Made by a program: the position numbers and the translations under genes. 64,000 bases of DNA from a virus: positions 1 through 64,000 of the IMG/VR virus record IMGVR_UViG_3300043449_000987, one strand, 5' to 3'. Shown here one piece after another: positions 45,826-57,100 of this stretch. How positions within the stretch are numbered: the first letter of the stretch is position 1; the number at the start of each line of letters is the position of its first letter. Under the pieces are notes generated by a model, which saw only the letters and a list, made by a program, of their open reading frames with translations, searched no databases and had not been told where the DNA came from.

Positions 45826-47601
45826 TTATATTAGATTGAACCTATCCAGATAATCTTTTACATCATCAGGCATAGGTTTATATTGTATCACGTTCTCTGG
45901 TAGTGGGTCAAGTTTCTGCCTAGATCTATCTCTAAATGTGTGAATCTCGACCTCCTCATCCGTATTTTTTGGCGTATTTGCTATAGCACCAAAAATTGCA
46001 CCACACACGGCATCTGCTAAGTCTTTAGAAGATTTACGTGGATGGTCAACTCTATTATTTTTCATTATTTTTAACTCTGTTAATTCTTCGAACAAAAGTT
46101 CGATTGCTGGCATCACTAGTCTTTCTTCATAAACAAGCATAGCCATATCTTCATAATGCTTTTTAGCAACAGAAACAGTATCAGTTCTCATTCCAACCTG
46201 CTTTAATTCATTTTGAATATCAAATGATTGCCAACGGTCAAATGTGACAAGGCCAATATCAAAACCGTATCTTCTTAGATTTTGAATCCACAACTTGACT
46301 TCTGATAAATTAACTGGACCTTCTATTTTTGGTTCCCAATATACTACTGCATCTACCACTACAACTGGTGCAACTTGTTGATAATCTTTAATTACCTGAA
46401 TATTTACCCACTTTTCTACGTGAGCAATTGCAACGGCGCACTTGTCATGTTTTTGTGCAAGGTCAGCATGCACATAATATTTTTTATTTGGATCAGGCTT
46501 AAATGTTTCATCAAATCGTTTATGGGCGTCAATCGGATTTCGTATTGTCATACAAGCACGTACTTTATCAACCTGCTTAAAAAATGCATCTGTTGAGTAT
46601 GTTGGCACACATGCAAAACGTTGCATAGCATCACCTAGGTCTGTCATAAATGCAATTTTAAAGTCATTAATTTTTCTTGTTGGATTTACTTCCCATGTTG
46701 GTCTTTTTAATGCAAACACACCAGGATATTTATATGAAACAATTGTATCTTCATCCCATTCAATATCGAAAGAATTTCCTTCCATATCTGCAGGAAGTTC
46801 TTCATTAATAATAAAAGTATGTTTTTTGTGTACAACTTCTTTTTCTAAAATTACTTTATCATATTGAGTTGAAATAAAGTCTCCTGGATAACGAGGAAAT
46901 GAAAGCAGTGCTACCTTGCCAAGATCTGGAAAACGAGAATCTACCGAAGCACGAAAGGCTTTGTATATGTTGTCAGCAGTTTTACCTTGATCATTACCAG
47001 TACCAACCTCACTTGCAAAGCCAGAAATCTCGTCGAGTACTGCAAGCAATAAGTTCAAACCCTCATGCGACTCTCTTTCTGAGTGACCAGAATAAACTGT
47101 GATTGATTTATTAAACTCAATGCTTTCTGCTTTGGCATAAAACTTTCCTGCAAACCAAGGAGATTTTTCAATCTTGGTTTTAAAACCTTTAAAGAAAACG
47201 TTTTTGGCTTGTTGAGCGTTAATAGCAACGTTAATAATATCTATGGCATCTCCACTGGGCTTACCAAAATATCTTGCTGGGTCCTTAAGGCATAGTAACT
47301 TATACACAATGTAAGCACAAGCAACAGTAGAAGTAAAATCTTTTCCACTACCCTTGCCAAGTTGGAGGATAATTTCATTTTTAGTATATTTCTTATAATA
47401 TCTTGCACCTTCTTCTTCACCCATAAGATCTACAAGATCTTCTTTTTTATAAATTTGGCTCATTGCTTCAATAATGTCATACTGGGTTTGTGATAGTGGT
47501 GGTTGGGCCAAATACTCTTCACCCTCAACAAACGTACGGGCATCTACTGGAGTTTCCTCAAAGTTGTTATTTTTTAAAGCCTCTAAAAATTCATCAAACA
47601 T
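45826..47601 (-). CDS. terL: Terminase large subunit
   Basis: GKGSGKD Walker A, VLDE Walker B, HADLA and KDLADA nuclease motifs. Confidence 0.9.
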   Translation of the reverse strand: MFDEFLEALKNNNFEETPVDARTFVEGEEYLAQPPLSQTQYDIIEAMSQIYKKEDLVDLMGEEEGARYYKKYTKNEIILQLGKGSGKDFTSTVACAYIVYKLLCLKDPARYFGKPSGDAIDIINVAINAQQAKNVFFKGFKTKIEKSPWFAGKFYAKAESIEFNKSITVYSGHSERESHEGLNLLLAVLDEISGFASEVGTGNDQGKTADNIYKAFRASVDSRFPDLGKVALLSFPRYPGDFISTQYDKVILEKEVVHKKHTFIINEELPADMEGNSFDIEWDEDTIVSYKYPGVFALKRPTWEVNPTRKINDFKIAFMTDLGDAMQRFACVPTYSTDAFFKQVDKVRACMTIRNPIDAHKRFDETFKPDPNKKYYVHADLAQKHDKCAVAIAHVEKWVNIQVIKDYQQVAPVVVVDAVVYWEPKIEGPVNLSEVKLWIQNLRRYGFDIGLVTFDRWQSFDIQNELKQVGMRTDTVSVAKKHYEDMAMLVYEERLVMPAIELLFEELTELKIMKNNRVDHPRKSSKDLADAVCGAIFGAIANTPKNTDEEVEIHTFRDRSRQKLDPLPENVIQYKPMPDDVKDYLDRFNLI

Positions 47602-48127
47602 CGTGGACTACCGTAATTACTTCATCCTTTTTTGAAATTGCAGAAAGTCTTTTCATAATTTCATCACGCACTTGTGGGTATTCAGAGGCAATGTCTCTTA
47701 GAATACTCATAAGCACTTGCTGTCTATTTTCAATTTCAACCATTTCTTCTGCTAACTCTTTATTTTCTAGTAAGCCAGCCTTTTGAAGCATGTCAATTCT
47801 TTTTGATTCAATGTCCATTACAAGTTTAATTGCAGCAGTTTTTGCACTAAGATTATTAGTCATGGATGCCTCATCAATGACCTCGTAAGATCTAGATATT
47901 AGTTTGCCGTAATGAGCATCTGCTGCAGCAAGCGCTTCTTTTGCACGAGCACGAATAGCATCATTGGCAGAAGCCATTACCTTCCATTCGTTAATTAACT
48001 GTACAACACGAGTTCTTGGAATGCTTAATTCTTTGGAAATAACTGTTGGGTCATTACCCTTTAGGTATTCTTCTACAACGTTATTAACTTCATCTAAATG
48101 CTTTACAAGATCATCTTCAGTTGACAT
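47594..48127 (-). CDS. Probable terminase small subunit
   Basis: N-terminal HTH, helical, immediately upstream of terL. Confidence 0.6.
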   Translation of the reverse strand: MSTEDDLVKHLDEVNNVVEEYLKGNDPTVISKELSIPRTRVVQLINEWKVMASANDAIRARAKEALAAADAHYGKLISRSYEVIDEASMTNNLSAKTAAIKLVMDIESKRIDMLQKAGLLENKELAEEMVEIENRQQVLMSILRDIASEYPQVRDEIMKRLSAISKKDEVITVVHDV

Positions 48128-48389
48128 TATTTAGTTCCCTTGCAATTTTTAATAAAATTAAATAACCAATCAAATCATCAATGTCATTATCGCCAATAAA
48201 TGACCCACCTCTAGTAATTCTAGATAGTTTGTCATCAATTCTTACATGTAGTTGCTCAACATTATCTGCTGTTGCAAAAATTCTAACTGGATTTAGTGCT
48301 GAATCACCATAAGATTTATTTTTTGCAATTAGCATTGCCTTAATTTCGTCACAGACTTGTGCAATAGTAAACTGTGTCTCTTCACTCAT
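48117..48389 (-). CDS. DUF1599 / nucleotide-modification-associated domain protein
   Basis: KN..YGDS..RIDDKL.R..DL.GY. Confidence 0.7.
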   Translation of the reverse strand: MSEETQFTIAQVCDEIKAMLIAKNKSYGDSALNPVRIFATADNVEQLHVRIDDKLSRITRGGSFIGDNDIDDLIGYLILLKIARELNNVN

Positions 48390-48512
48390 CGTTTTCATCC
48401 TCATCCATGTCCCATTCAAAAGCGTCAGGAAGACCACGCAATGTGAAGAGCGCATAACTTATGCCTACTGCACCAACAATGGTTGCAACAAGCAAAGACT
48501 TTTTTATTTTAT

Positions 48513-48668
48513 TCATCGTTTTGACTTCCTAAGATTAAATTTTGCAAGGTAAACGTATATAGTTTCAACACTAGTTCCGCACTCCTTTGCAATTTCTTGT
48601 GGAGTCTTTTTATCCATAACAAAACGTTTACGAAGCCAAGACTCACTAGTATATAGTTTAGCACCCAT
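48513..48668 (-). CDS. Small HTH protein
   Basis: WL.K....KT..EIAKECG.S..TI. Confidence 0.65.
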   Translation of the reverse strand: MGAKLYTSESWLRKRFVMDKKTPQEIAKECGTSVETIYVYLAKFNLRKSKR

Positions 48669-48672
48669 CAGA

Positions 48673-49269
48673 CTATTTGTCAACTCCAATCGCCTTACCC
48701 CAATTATTGATAGCCCAATGACCAATACCACAGGCATCTGCAACATCGTGATCCGTTATATTTCTATCATAATAAACATTTATTAGTTTTATTGTTCTTT
48801 CTTTTCTAAAGTTACGCTCAAATGTTTTATACCAGGAATCTGTTTTGCCAGGATTACTAAATCTGATAGCAAGTTGTTCATCTTTATTTAATTTTTTATT
48901 TCCAATGTAATTTTGCCATGTTATTGGAGCCACCTTTCCAATAATTTTTGTTCCAGATTGGCCAGCAGCACCCAAAATTGCACCTTGAACTAAAGCAAGA
49001 TCTGCAGCAGTTTTGGGACTATTCATAAATACTGTATGCTCAATCACTATAGCCTCAAATCCACCATAATACTCAAAGAAGGCCCTTACCTTTTTACCAG
49101 CATCCATAACCTTCTCGTAAGTATCATTACCAGAAAAATTAATCTTTCCAACAGTGCCCAACGCTTTTTGTTGGGTATCAAACAAAGCAAAAGCAAGGCT
49201 GTTAGTACTGGCATCAATAGAACATATTGTAGATGGCATGGCCTCTAAACCCCATTTATTTTTTACCAT
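48673..49269 (-). CDS. RuvC-like Holliday junction resolvase
   Basis: SIDAS, IVIE, DVADA. Confidence 0.8.
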   Translation of the reverse strand: MVKNKWGLEAMPSTICSIDASTNSLAFALFDTQQKALGTVGKINFSGNDTYEKVMDAGKKVRAFFEYYGGFEAIVIEHTVFMNSPKTAADLALVQGAILGAAGQSGTKIIGKVAPITWQNYIGNKKLNKDEQLAIRFSNPGKTDSWYKTFERNFRKERTIKLINVYYDRNITDHDVADACGIGHWAINNWGKAIGVDK

Positions 49270-49543
49270 TTGACAAACCCTTAATCTGCTTTAACACTTT
49301 TTTAACATCCACTGGATTTATACTACACTGATTGCACAGTGGATCATCATTATATATAGATAAATCTTCTCCACAGGACTTGCACTTTCGCACCTTGTTT
49401 TTTCTTTTTTGTCTTCTTGTTATTAAATAACGTGCTGCAATTTTTTCTTTTGTAGCAGAGTCTCTACACTCTACTGAACAGTAGATCTGATAACTTACTT
49501 CTGTAGTAAATTCGGCATCACACCATCGACAGTGTTTCATCAA
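49256..49543 (-). CDS. Zinc-finger protein
   Basis: Four Cys pairs. Confidence 0.65.
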   Translation of the reverse strand: MMKHCRWCDAEFTTEVSYQIYCSVECRDSATKEKIAARYLITRRQKRKNKVRKCKSCGEDLSIYNDDPLCNQCSINPVDVKKVLKQIKGLSNGKK

Positions 49544-50321
49544 TTGGCTCCAGAGATTTCAACTTTATTGTTCCATCTCCAGCAGCAGCACAAGCCTTTT
49601 GAACTGGACAAGTTTTGCATATTTTAGAGTTGGATCTATAGTTTTTACTAGGCAAAGTTCTATCAACCCATGCCTTACGAACTTCTCTCATCCAATCAAA
49701 TGCTTGGTCTACCCACCGAACATAATAATCATTTACTTCTACAGGAAGAATTAATAACTCGTGATTATTTTTATTTTCATAAATAAACACTGCATTCTTC
49801 TTCTTAAGAATTTTCATATAAATAAGCAACTGAATTAAATGCCCAGTCTTTGGCTTACCAGATGCTTTTCTATATTCAAAAGCCTCACTCATCATTGTTT
49901 TAATTTCACCAAGTAATGGCTCTCCCTGCCAATTTAACATTACATCCCCATAACCAAAAATTGGTGGATCGACGTATGTTATTTTAAATTCATCTTCAAT
50001 TAATATTCCAGCATCACGCATTGCCTTTTGAATTCTTCCATGAGACAGTGTTCCAGATGTCATATTAGCAACACCGTATGCATCAGAATTATCTTCAAAA
50101 TCTGCACCATCAAATGCTATATACCAATATCTTGCACATTCTCCATGCGAGTATGCAAGTGTAGAAGGAGCAAAAGTTTTCTTTGTAGTAAACTTAGTTC
50201 CTCTTTCTGCAATATACCCGTGCTGAATTGCCTTAACTAGCCCATCTGGGTCAATTGCGTTTTCCTTTTTATCTTTAGGTACACCCTTAAGCATAACCTG
50301 TTGTAATAAACTTTTTGTCAT
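49518..50321 (-). CDS. Cas4-like PD-(D/E)xK exonuclease
   Basis: C.R, G...H, D, EIK, Q..IY, C..CP...C. Confidence 0.85.
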   Translation of the reverse strand: MTKSLLQQVMLKGVPKDKKENAIDPDGLVKAIQHGYIAERGTKFTTKKTFAPSTLAYSHGECARYWYIAFDGADFEDNSDAYGVANMTSGTLSHGRIQKAMRDAGILIEDEFKITYVDPPIFGYGDVMLNWQGEPLLGEIKTMMSEAFEYRKASGKPKTGHLIQLLIYMKILKKKNAVFIYENKNNHELLILPVEVNDYYVRWVDQAFDWMREVRKAWVDRTLPSKNYRSNSKICKTCPVQKACAAAGDGTIKLKSLEPIDETLSMV

Positions 50322-50355
50322 TTTAACTCTTCTCTATTCATATAAGTATAGCAGA

Positions 50356-50661
50356 TTACCTTGTAATATACTTTAGTGCCGAAACCAAATTATTAATTGA
50401 TTCGGCTGCTGTGTAGTAAAGATTCTTTTTAGCACGATCACCCTTATCAACATTTGCCATCCAAGTTGCCTTTAAAGACATTTTGGCTGCGATTGCCTGA
50501 AGCCTGACTATCTCAATTGTAACAACATTAAGAGGCACATCAGGTTTTAAAATTACCTTTGCAATGAAGGTAAGTGCTGTATTCAGTTCTTCATCTTGCA
50601 TGTAGTCAGCAATTTCTGATAAACCACTGATCATATCTATTGTTGGTTGTGTTTGTTCCAT
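50356..50661 (-). CDS. Hypothetical helical protein
   Basis: LVSALKY C-terminus; in the core block. Confidence 0.65.
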   Translation of the reverse strand: MEQTQPTIDMISGLSEIADYMQDEELNTALTFIAKVILKPDVPLNVVTIEIVRLQAIAAKMSLKATWMANVDKGDRAKKNLYYTAAESINNLVSALKYITR

Positions 50662-50663
50662 TA

Positions 50664-51470
50664 TTATCCCATCGACCTTATATCAATACCATCTTTAACC
50701 CCGTCGTCATTCCACAACTTAAAGGCAGCCATCATATCATCTCTAGACTGTAGTTCGTCCAAATACTGTTTTCTTCTCTCTGGAAAATGTTCTGGATCTA
50801 TTGGATTTAATTCTCCAGTAAACCTATAACTATTGGTTCTACAATAGTCCATACTAATAATCTCGCAAAACTCGCCCTCTGCAAATTTACGTTTTGGTCT
50901 CCAATGTATTTGATTTACAGCACTAAACACAATTGTCTGACCTGCTCCAAGAGAATACTTTGTAAAATTTTTAGTATCATTCCAATTACTTACATACAAA
51001 TCCCATTCAATATTTGTATCTAAACAATAATTTATTGTAACTAAATTTTCATCAGCATCCAGATGAGGTGGGAGGGCAGGAGAATTATCTCCATAGCCAT
51101 GCTTGATATTATAATCAATGTAGTTCCAATGACATAGTGCTATATCATCATTGTATAGTGGCTTTGCTATTGCATCTAATTTATCTTCAAGGTGTTTTGG
51201 CATGTCGAACTCAATTAAAGTACGAGACATGTTCTTTGCAATTTTAGGCTGATACCTACTACGAAACTCTGAGTTACGAATATAGCCATCCTCAACTCTG
51301 TCGCCAATAATAAAAGGCTCAATAAGTCTATTTGTTTCGATGATTTCTCTTAATTGATTTCTATCTTCTTCTGAAAATAAATTGTCAATATAAAAAGGCA
51401 AGGGCCTAGAGTAATTATCAAATCCAGTTAAGTATTTGTGCAGCCCAGGGATGTTAGTCTGATGCGTCAT
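50664..51470 (-). CDS. 2OG-Fe(II) oxygenase (family A)
   Basis: PALPPHLD, TN.EW, FSAVNQIHWRP. Confidence 0.8.
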   Translation of the reverse strand: MTHQTNIPGLHKYLTGFDNYSRPLPFYIDNLFSEEDRNQLREIIETNRLIEPFIIGDRVEDGYIRNSEFRSRYQPKIAKNMSRTLIEFDMPKHLEDKLDAIAKPLYNDDIALCHWNYIDYNIKHGYGDNSPALPPHLDADENLVTINYCLDTNIEWDLYVSNWNDTKNFTKYSLGAGQTIVFSAVNQIHWRPKRKFAEGEFCEIISMDYCRTNSYRFTGELNPIDPEHFPERRKQYLDELQSRDDMMAAFKLWNDDGVKDGIDIRSMG

Positions 51471-52071
51471 TCGTAAATCCCCCATTAGCAAAAAATACCT
51501 TCTTGTATTCACTTGCCTTTGCGTTCATTATTGAATTTACTTCTTCACCCTTTGGTGCAGCACCTGGTTCTGAAAAATGGAAAAACACCATTTCTACAAA
51601 CTGGTCGTCTGCAAAATCTTGTGGCTTTCTCCAATGTATTTGATGTGTGCCACTAAATGTAACAGCCTCATTATTTTTTAGTGTAAATTCTTTATCTGGT
51701 TCAACAATTAATGGCCAATCAATATTGCCATTGATCTGGTAATCAAAAGTAAATCTTGGCTCTTTAAATGTTTCATCATAATGAGGAAACAGTGAAGGCT
51801 TGTAGTGATATTTTCCACAATTGCTTGTGACGTTATTATATCTAGCATGACAATATTCTGTGACTTCAATCTTGTCATTACCGCTTAACTCTCTGGCAAT
51901 TTTAGTTACCTTATCAATAATGTTTTGTGGCAACGAAATAAAGGTGTTTGCTTGTGCGTGAACCTTAACAAAGTCTCCACCAGAATTATTTTGTACAGCC
52001 TTATAGATTTCATTAATCTCATCTCTTGTAAATACATCTTTAACAATTGTATTTATTTCATCGTATTTCAT
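51454..52071 (-). CDS. 2OG-Fe(II) oxygenase (family A)
   Basis: ARY..LFPHYD, NEAVTFSGTHQIHWR. Confidence 0.8.
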   Translation of the reverse strand: MKYDEINTIVKDVFTRDEINEIYKAVQNNSGGDFVKVHAQANTFISLPQNIIDKVTKIARELSGNDKIEVTEYCHARYNNVTSNCGKYHYKPSLFPHYDETFKEPRFTFDYQINGNIDWPLIVEPDKEFTLKNNEAVTFSGTHQIHWRKPQDFADDQFVEMVFFHFSEPGAAPKGEEVNSIMNAKASEYKKVFFANGGFTNDASD

Positions 52072-52092
52072 AGTATTACTCCTTTATATATA

Positions 52093-52758
52093 TTATACAC
52101 TATACTTCTGAACACCATTATTAATGCCTGTGTGATCCATTAAAAACCTTGAACGCTCTTCCAAAACCTCTTTTTGGCCTGGGTCAAGTGGGGTTGGATC
52201 GACATACTGTAAATGACAAAAAATCATATCGATCTTTGTATTTGGTTGTAGTTTTTTATTTTCTCTCCAATGTATTTGCTGTGTTCCAGCAAAAATTAAT
52301 GCTTCATTATTATTTAAATAATATGTATTATTTTCGACAACAATACCCCATGGTTCATCTGCATTTAATTGAATATCAAAGGTTATGCGTTGGGTTTCTC
52401 TAGTATCATAATGTGGAAATAACTTACACTCAAATCCATACTCTGGGGTGTATCTTGCAAAAGAATAATCACCGTCTAATTTAATATGATTGCCAAGTAT
52501 TGATTGTGCAGACCTGGTTATTGCATCCTCAATCTCTTTAGAAAATTTGATGTCCCATGCTCTATGACCTGCCCACTCTTGAAGTCTTGTACTATCAAGA
52601 CTAGTGCTATTTACTTTTTCATAAATTTCATCAATTTGCGCTTTTGTAAAAATATTAGTAGCCCTTTTTACTTCAAAATCTTGATTGCTTATTGGTTGTT
52701 GGGTAGCCCTTAAAGAGTTGTAATCATTAATATAGTTCATGGTTTTATTATACACCAT
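52093..52758 (-). CDS. 2OG-Fe(II) oxygenase (family A)
   Basis: ARY..LFPHYD, NEALIFAGTQQIHWR. Confidence 0.8.
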   Translation of the reverse strand: MVYNKTMNYINDYNSLRATQQPISNQDFEVKRATNIFTKAQIDEIYEKVNSTSLDSTRLQEWAGHRAWDIKFSKEIEDAITRSAQSILGNHIKLDGDYSFARYTPEYGFECKLFPHYDTRETQRITFDIQLNADEPWGIVVENNTYYLNNNEALIFAGTQQIHWRENKKLQPNTKIDMIFCHLQYVDPTPLDPGQKEVLEERSRFLMDHTGINNGVQKYSV

Positions 52759-53032
52759 CTACCAATTGCTCTAATATCGACATTTCAATAATTGCAAGGC
52801 GAACCTTTGTGTTTCCATCGCCAATTACAACAATAATTGCTGGATCATTTCCATTTCTAATGGCATCAGTTGTGGCCTTGGCCCAAACCTCTTTGTTTAA
52901 TGTAAAAGATTTACCAACCTCTTTAAAGTCTACCGTAAAGTTTTCCCACGAAGCATCTCCTTTGTGTGTTCCTCTGCCAGAATTTTTATGCTGTTTAGCA
53001 CCTATTCTCTTTGATTCACTCGTTTCCGTCAA
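52748..53032 (-). CDS. Hjc-like PD-(D/E)xK resolvase
   Basis: NSG....KGD....DFK. Confidence 0.65.
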   Translation of the reverse strand: MTETSESKRIGAKQHKNSGRGTHKGDASWENFTVDFKEVGKSFTLNKEVWAKATTDAIRNGNDPAIIVVIGDGNTKVRLAIIEMSILEQLVDGV

Positions 53033-53184
53033 AATCCTTCTTCTTTCTTTTGCCTAAATATACAGTAGTCAAATGTTTTTCTTTACACATCCAAGTAAGC
53101 ATTTTTGTTTCCGCATAACATCTCAATGTTGGAACAATTGCCTTACAAGTATGGCAAACCCACTGACCACTATAAACAGTATAA

Positions 53185-54192
53185 CTAGCCATTTAATTGC
53201 GACTTGATAGATTCTTGCAAGTCAAGATCCTCTCTGACACGATTAACAAATGCTTCTTTACCCTGAACCTTTGTGCCATCTGGAAGAATATACCATGCCC
53301 CAGTTCTTTCTACAATACCATTAAGTTCTGCTGTAGTTACAAGGTCACCAATTACATCGAGACCAACTTCATCGCCTCTAAAATAAAAATCATATTCGCC
53401 AGATTGAAACCCTGGAGATGTTTTTGAAAATTGCAATTCCCATCTTACGGTTCTTCCAACTTTTTCTTCAATTAACTTATCTCCAACTTTAATCTTGCCT
53501 TTAATTGCCTGATTATCTGATTCAGAACTAAAAAGTTTAATTACACATGAAGAATAAAACTTAGTAGCCTGCCCACCAGAAGGTTGCTGACTGGTATACA
53601 TGGCATTAATATTGTTGCGAGACTGACTAATAAGAACAAGTAGCGTAGGCTTAACCTTATTGTTAGCATAGTTAAGCATTTTCCATGCATTACTAAAATC
53701 TCTAGACTCTGCACCAATCTGCTTTGTATTTTCCAAAGCCTTCATTTCATCAGTGTCCTTTTCAAAATAAATTGCAGGAAGCATTGATGTAATAGAATCC
53801 ACCACAATTAAATCTACGCCAGCGTTCATCAGTGCAACGCCAACGTCAACCATGTCGCTAATTGTCCTTGCTTGTGAGTAAATTAGTTTTGTTGGATCTA
53901 CTCCAAGTTGTCTTGCCCAATCTTCAGAATAGGACATTTCTGAGTCTATCCATGCACAAACCTTGCCCTCTTTTTGTGCCATACCAATCATTTGTAAACA
54001 CATAGAAGACTTTGCTGATGACTTACTGCCCCAAATCAATACCTGTCGACCATAGGGTAGTCCACCACCTAGTGCACGATTTAAACCAAAACTAGGTGTG
54101 GGTTGATACTCAAAAGTCACACCTTCGCCAGTTCCTAACTTTTTACGCAACTTGGGGTCAAGTTGTGCCATTACCTCTTCTACGCTAAGCAT
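53185..54192 (-). CDS. recA: RecA/UvsX-like recombinase
   Basis: GGGLP.GR, GSKSSAKS (variant Walker A), IDSE, VVDS, GG.A.KFY, GAWY. Confidence 0.9.
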   Translation of the reverse strand: MLSVEEVMAQLDPKLRKKLGTGEGVTFEYQPTPSFGLNRALGGGLPYGRQVLIWGSKSSAKSSMCLQMIGMAQKEGKVCAWIDSEMSYSEDWARQLGVDPTKLIYSQARTISDMVDVGVALMNAGVDLIVVDSITSMLPAIYFEKDTDEMKALENTKQIGAESRDFSNAWKMLNYANNKVKPTLLVLISQSRNNINAMYTSQQPSGGQATKFYSSCVIKLFSSESDNQAIKGKIKVGDKLIEEKVGRTVRWELQFSKTSPGFQSGEYDFYFRGDEVGLDVIGDLVTTAELNGIVERTGAWYILPDGTKVQGKEAFVNRVREDLDLQESIKSQLNG

Positions 54193-57100
54193 TTATATCC
54201 TCCAATATAACTGTTCCATCTTTTGTTTTACCAAGTTCAAATTTATATGCATGACCCTCTTCAATTTTCATATATGCCTTTGCAAATGCTGTTGGGAATA
54301 CAGTAATTGAGTGAAGATCTCTAGCCGTATCTGCAACAGTTAATGATGCCATCTTTTTACCAGCCTTTGTAATTCTTGGCTTAAATGAAACAACAAACAT
54401 TTCATCATCTTTATATGGCAACTGTTTATAATTTAAAAATTTCACAACACCTGCACTAGATGTTTTGATTGAATCTACAGGCACAGCAGAAAGAATCCGA
54501 TTATCATTAGCAAGAATGATATACGATACGCCTGCTTCAATAGTTGTTTGTTCGTCATCAAAAATACCTACACTTCCTGTTTTATCTAGCACTTCTACTC
54601 TTGACCAACCTTTTGCTCTCTTAATAGATTTTACCATACCCATTAAAATAAAGGAACCCTTTTCTTCATAATCTTCAATTGGACTTATAAAGGCATGATA
54701 GTGTGATGGTACGGTAATATTAAATTCTGGAAGATTTAAATATTCATATAAATTTTCTTTAATTTCTTGTTCATTTCTTGGATTGTCTGCAAAAGTTGCT
54801 GCACCAATAACTCTCAATGCTTGAAGTGCACGAGAATTTACTCCGTTTCCTTTTGTAAAGGTGAACTCTTCAAGTTCTTTATACGAATTGAACGGTCTAG
54901 CAGATATGTATCTTTCACCAACTTTGTCAGATATGAACTTGATAGCACTGAGTCCAAACCGAATGCCCTTACCCTCAATCTTAAAATCAATATCCGAATC
55001 GTTAATGTGAGGTAGTTTAATGCTAATCCCCATTCTTTTTGCTTCAATAAGATATTCAGTTCTTGCATCTTTGTCCTTTTCATTTTTTAATAGTGAATAC
55101 ATAAACTCAAGTGGGTAATGATACTTTAGCCATGCCGTCCAATACGAGAGCGTAGAGTAAGCAACCGCATGAGACTTGTTGAACGAGTAGCCTGCATGCG
55201 CCTCAAAGTCATGCCAAAGATCACGAGCCGTATTGGGACTAATATAGGCAGAAGCACCTTTAATGAATTGTTCTTGGTATACGTCAAACTCTTTAGCATC
55301 TTTTTTCTTACCAATGATTTTTCTAACTTTATCTGCTTCCGACATGGACATACCTCCAAGGTATACGCATGCTTGCATAACTTGTTCCTGGTAAAGAATG
55401 CAGCCATATGTGTCCTCCGTAAATTCTTTTAGTATTTGATGAGTATACCCAATATTTTGACGACCATGCTTACGTTCAATATAATCTTTACCAATTGTAT
55501 TCATTGCGCCTGGGCGAACTAGAGCATTTGAAGCAGCCAGTTCAGATAAATTCTTTACACCCATTTTAACAAGAAGGTTGGTATACGGTGCTGCTTCACA
55601 CTGAAACACTCCCTTTGTATAGCCATCAGACAGCATCTGATAAACATTTGCATCGTCCATTGGAATGCTAAGTGGATCAATAGTTTTACCATCTCGTTCT
55701 TTAATAATATCTAATGCATCTTTAACAACACTTAGTGTTTTAAGTCCAAGTGCGTCGATCTTGATAAGACCAATCTTTTCAGCCTCTTCCATGTCCACCG
55801 CAACAACAGGAATACGCTCATCACTGCCAGTAGCAGAACGTGTCTCCATTGGTGCGTACCTAAAAATAGGATCTTTACTAGTGACAACACCAGCAGCATG
55901 AATGCCAGTACCTCTAATACGACCACGTAATTGTTCGCCATAAATTTCTACCTCTGGATATTTCTCACGGAATTCCCGTGTTGTCTTAGATGTGCAAAAC
56001 TCATCCCACGTATCCACAAGTTTAAGCACCTTGTTTACATCTGTGAGTGGAATATTTAATACTCGTGCAACATCTCTTACTACGCCCTTATCTTTAAAAG
56101 AAAGGAATGTAGCAATAGATGCAACATGTCTATATTGTCTAACAAGATAATCTTTAACTTCTTCACGACGAGAGTCTTGAATATCTGTATCAATATCAGG
56201 AAAGTCATTGCGCTCTGGATTAATAAATCTAAAGAAAAGCAGTTTATGCTTAATCGGATCAATGTCTGTGATTTTTAGTGCATAACATAATAAAGATCCA
56301 GCAGCAGAACCACGACCTGGACCTACCATGATTCCTTCTTTTTTTGCCCATGTGATCATATTACGCACAACAAGAAAGTATGGACCAAACTTTTTATCTT
56401 TAATTACTTTAAGTTCTTCATCAAGTCTGTCTAAGTATTCTTGATTATCTGCAAGGCCTCGCTCCTTTAATCCCTCAAGTGCGAGTTCCTTAAGTTCTTT
56501 ATCTGGATGCTTATATTGTACTGGCAGTAAATCAAGACCTTCTTGAATTCCATAGTCCATAACTTTTTCAGCAATGGAAAGAGTATTGGAATAAATGTCT
56601 GGTCTATCAATACCCTGTGCTTCCATTGCAGACTTCATCTCTTCGTATGAAAGAAGATGAATGTCAAACTCATTAAATGTAATTTGGCGATCATGTCCGT
56701 ATAGGTAATCCAAGCGATCCATCATATTGTCAAACTTCTTTGACTTTTCAAATGTATGCTCTTTGTCTATTTTGACATGTGTATTTAACAGAAGTTTAAA
56801 CTCTTGGATTTCTTTCTGATCAACAGAACTATGGTGGCAGTCAGGGGTAACAACAACCTGAACTCCAAACTCGTCTGCCAATTGAATTAACTGCTTATTA
56901 ATTTCTGCCTGATTGTGTGGCATCACCTCAATATAGTAGTCATCATTAAATACTCGCTTAAACCATTCAATGTGCTTCTTTGCTACTGCAAATTCATTAT
57001 TCTCAAGAGCCTTTACAAGTACGCTACTTGGGCATGCAGAAGTAACAATAATACCCTCTGAATATTTCTCAAGAATCTCAAAGTCAAACCTTGGCTTCTT

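Noticed and set aside
49518-50321. Cas4-like gene as evidence of CRISPR-Cas
   Set aside because: No cas1/cas2 and no repeat-spacer array; solo Cas4-like nucleases are routine in phage recombination modules
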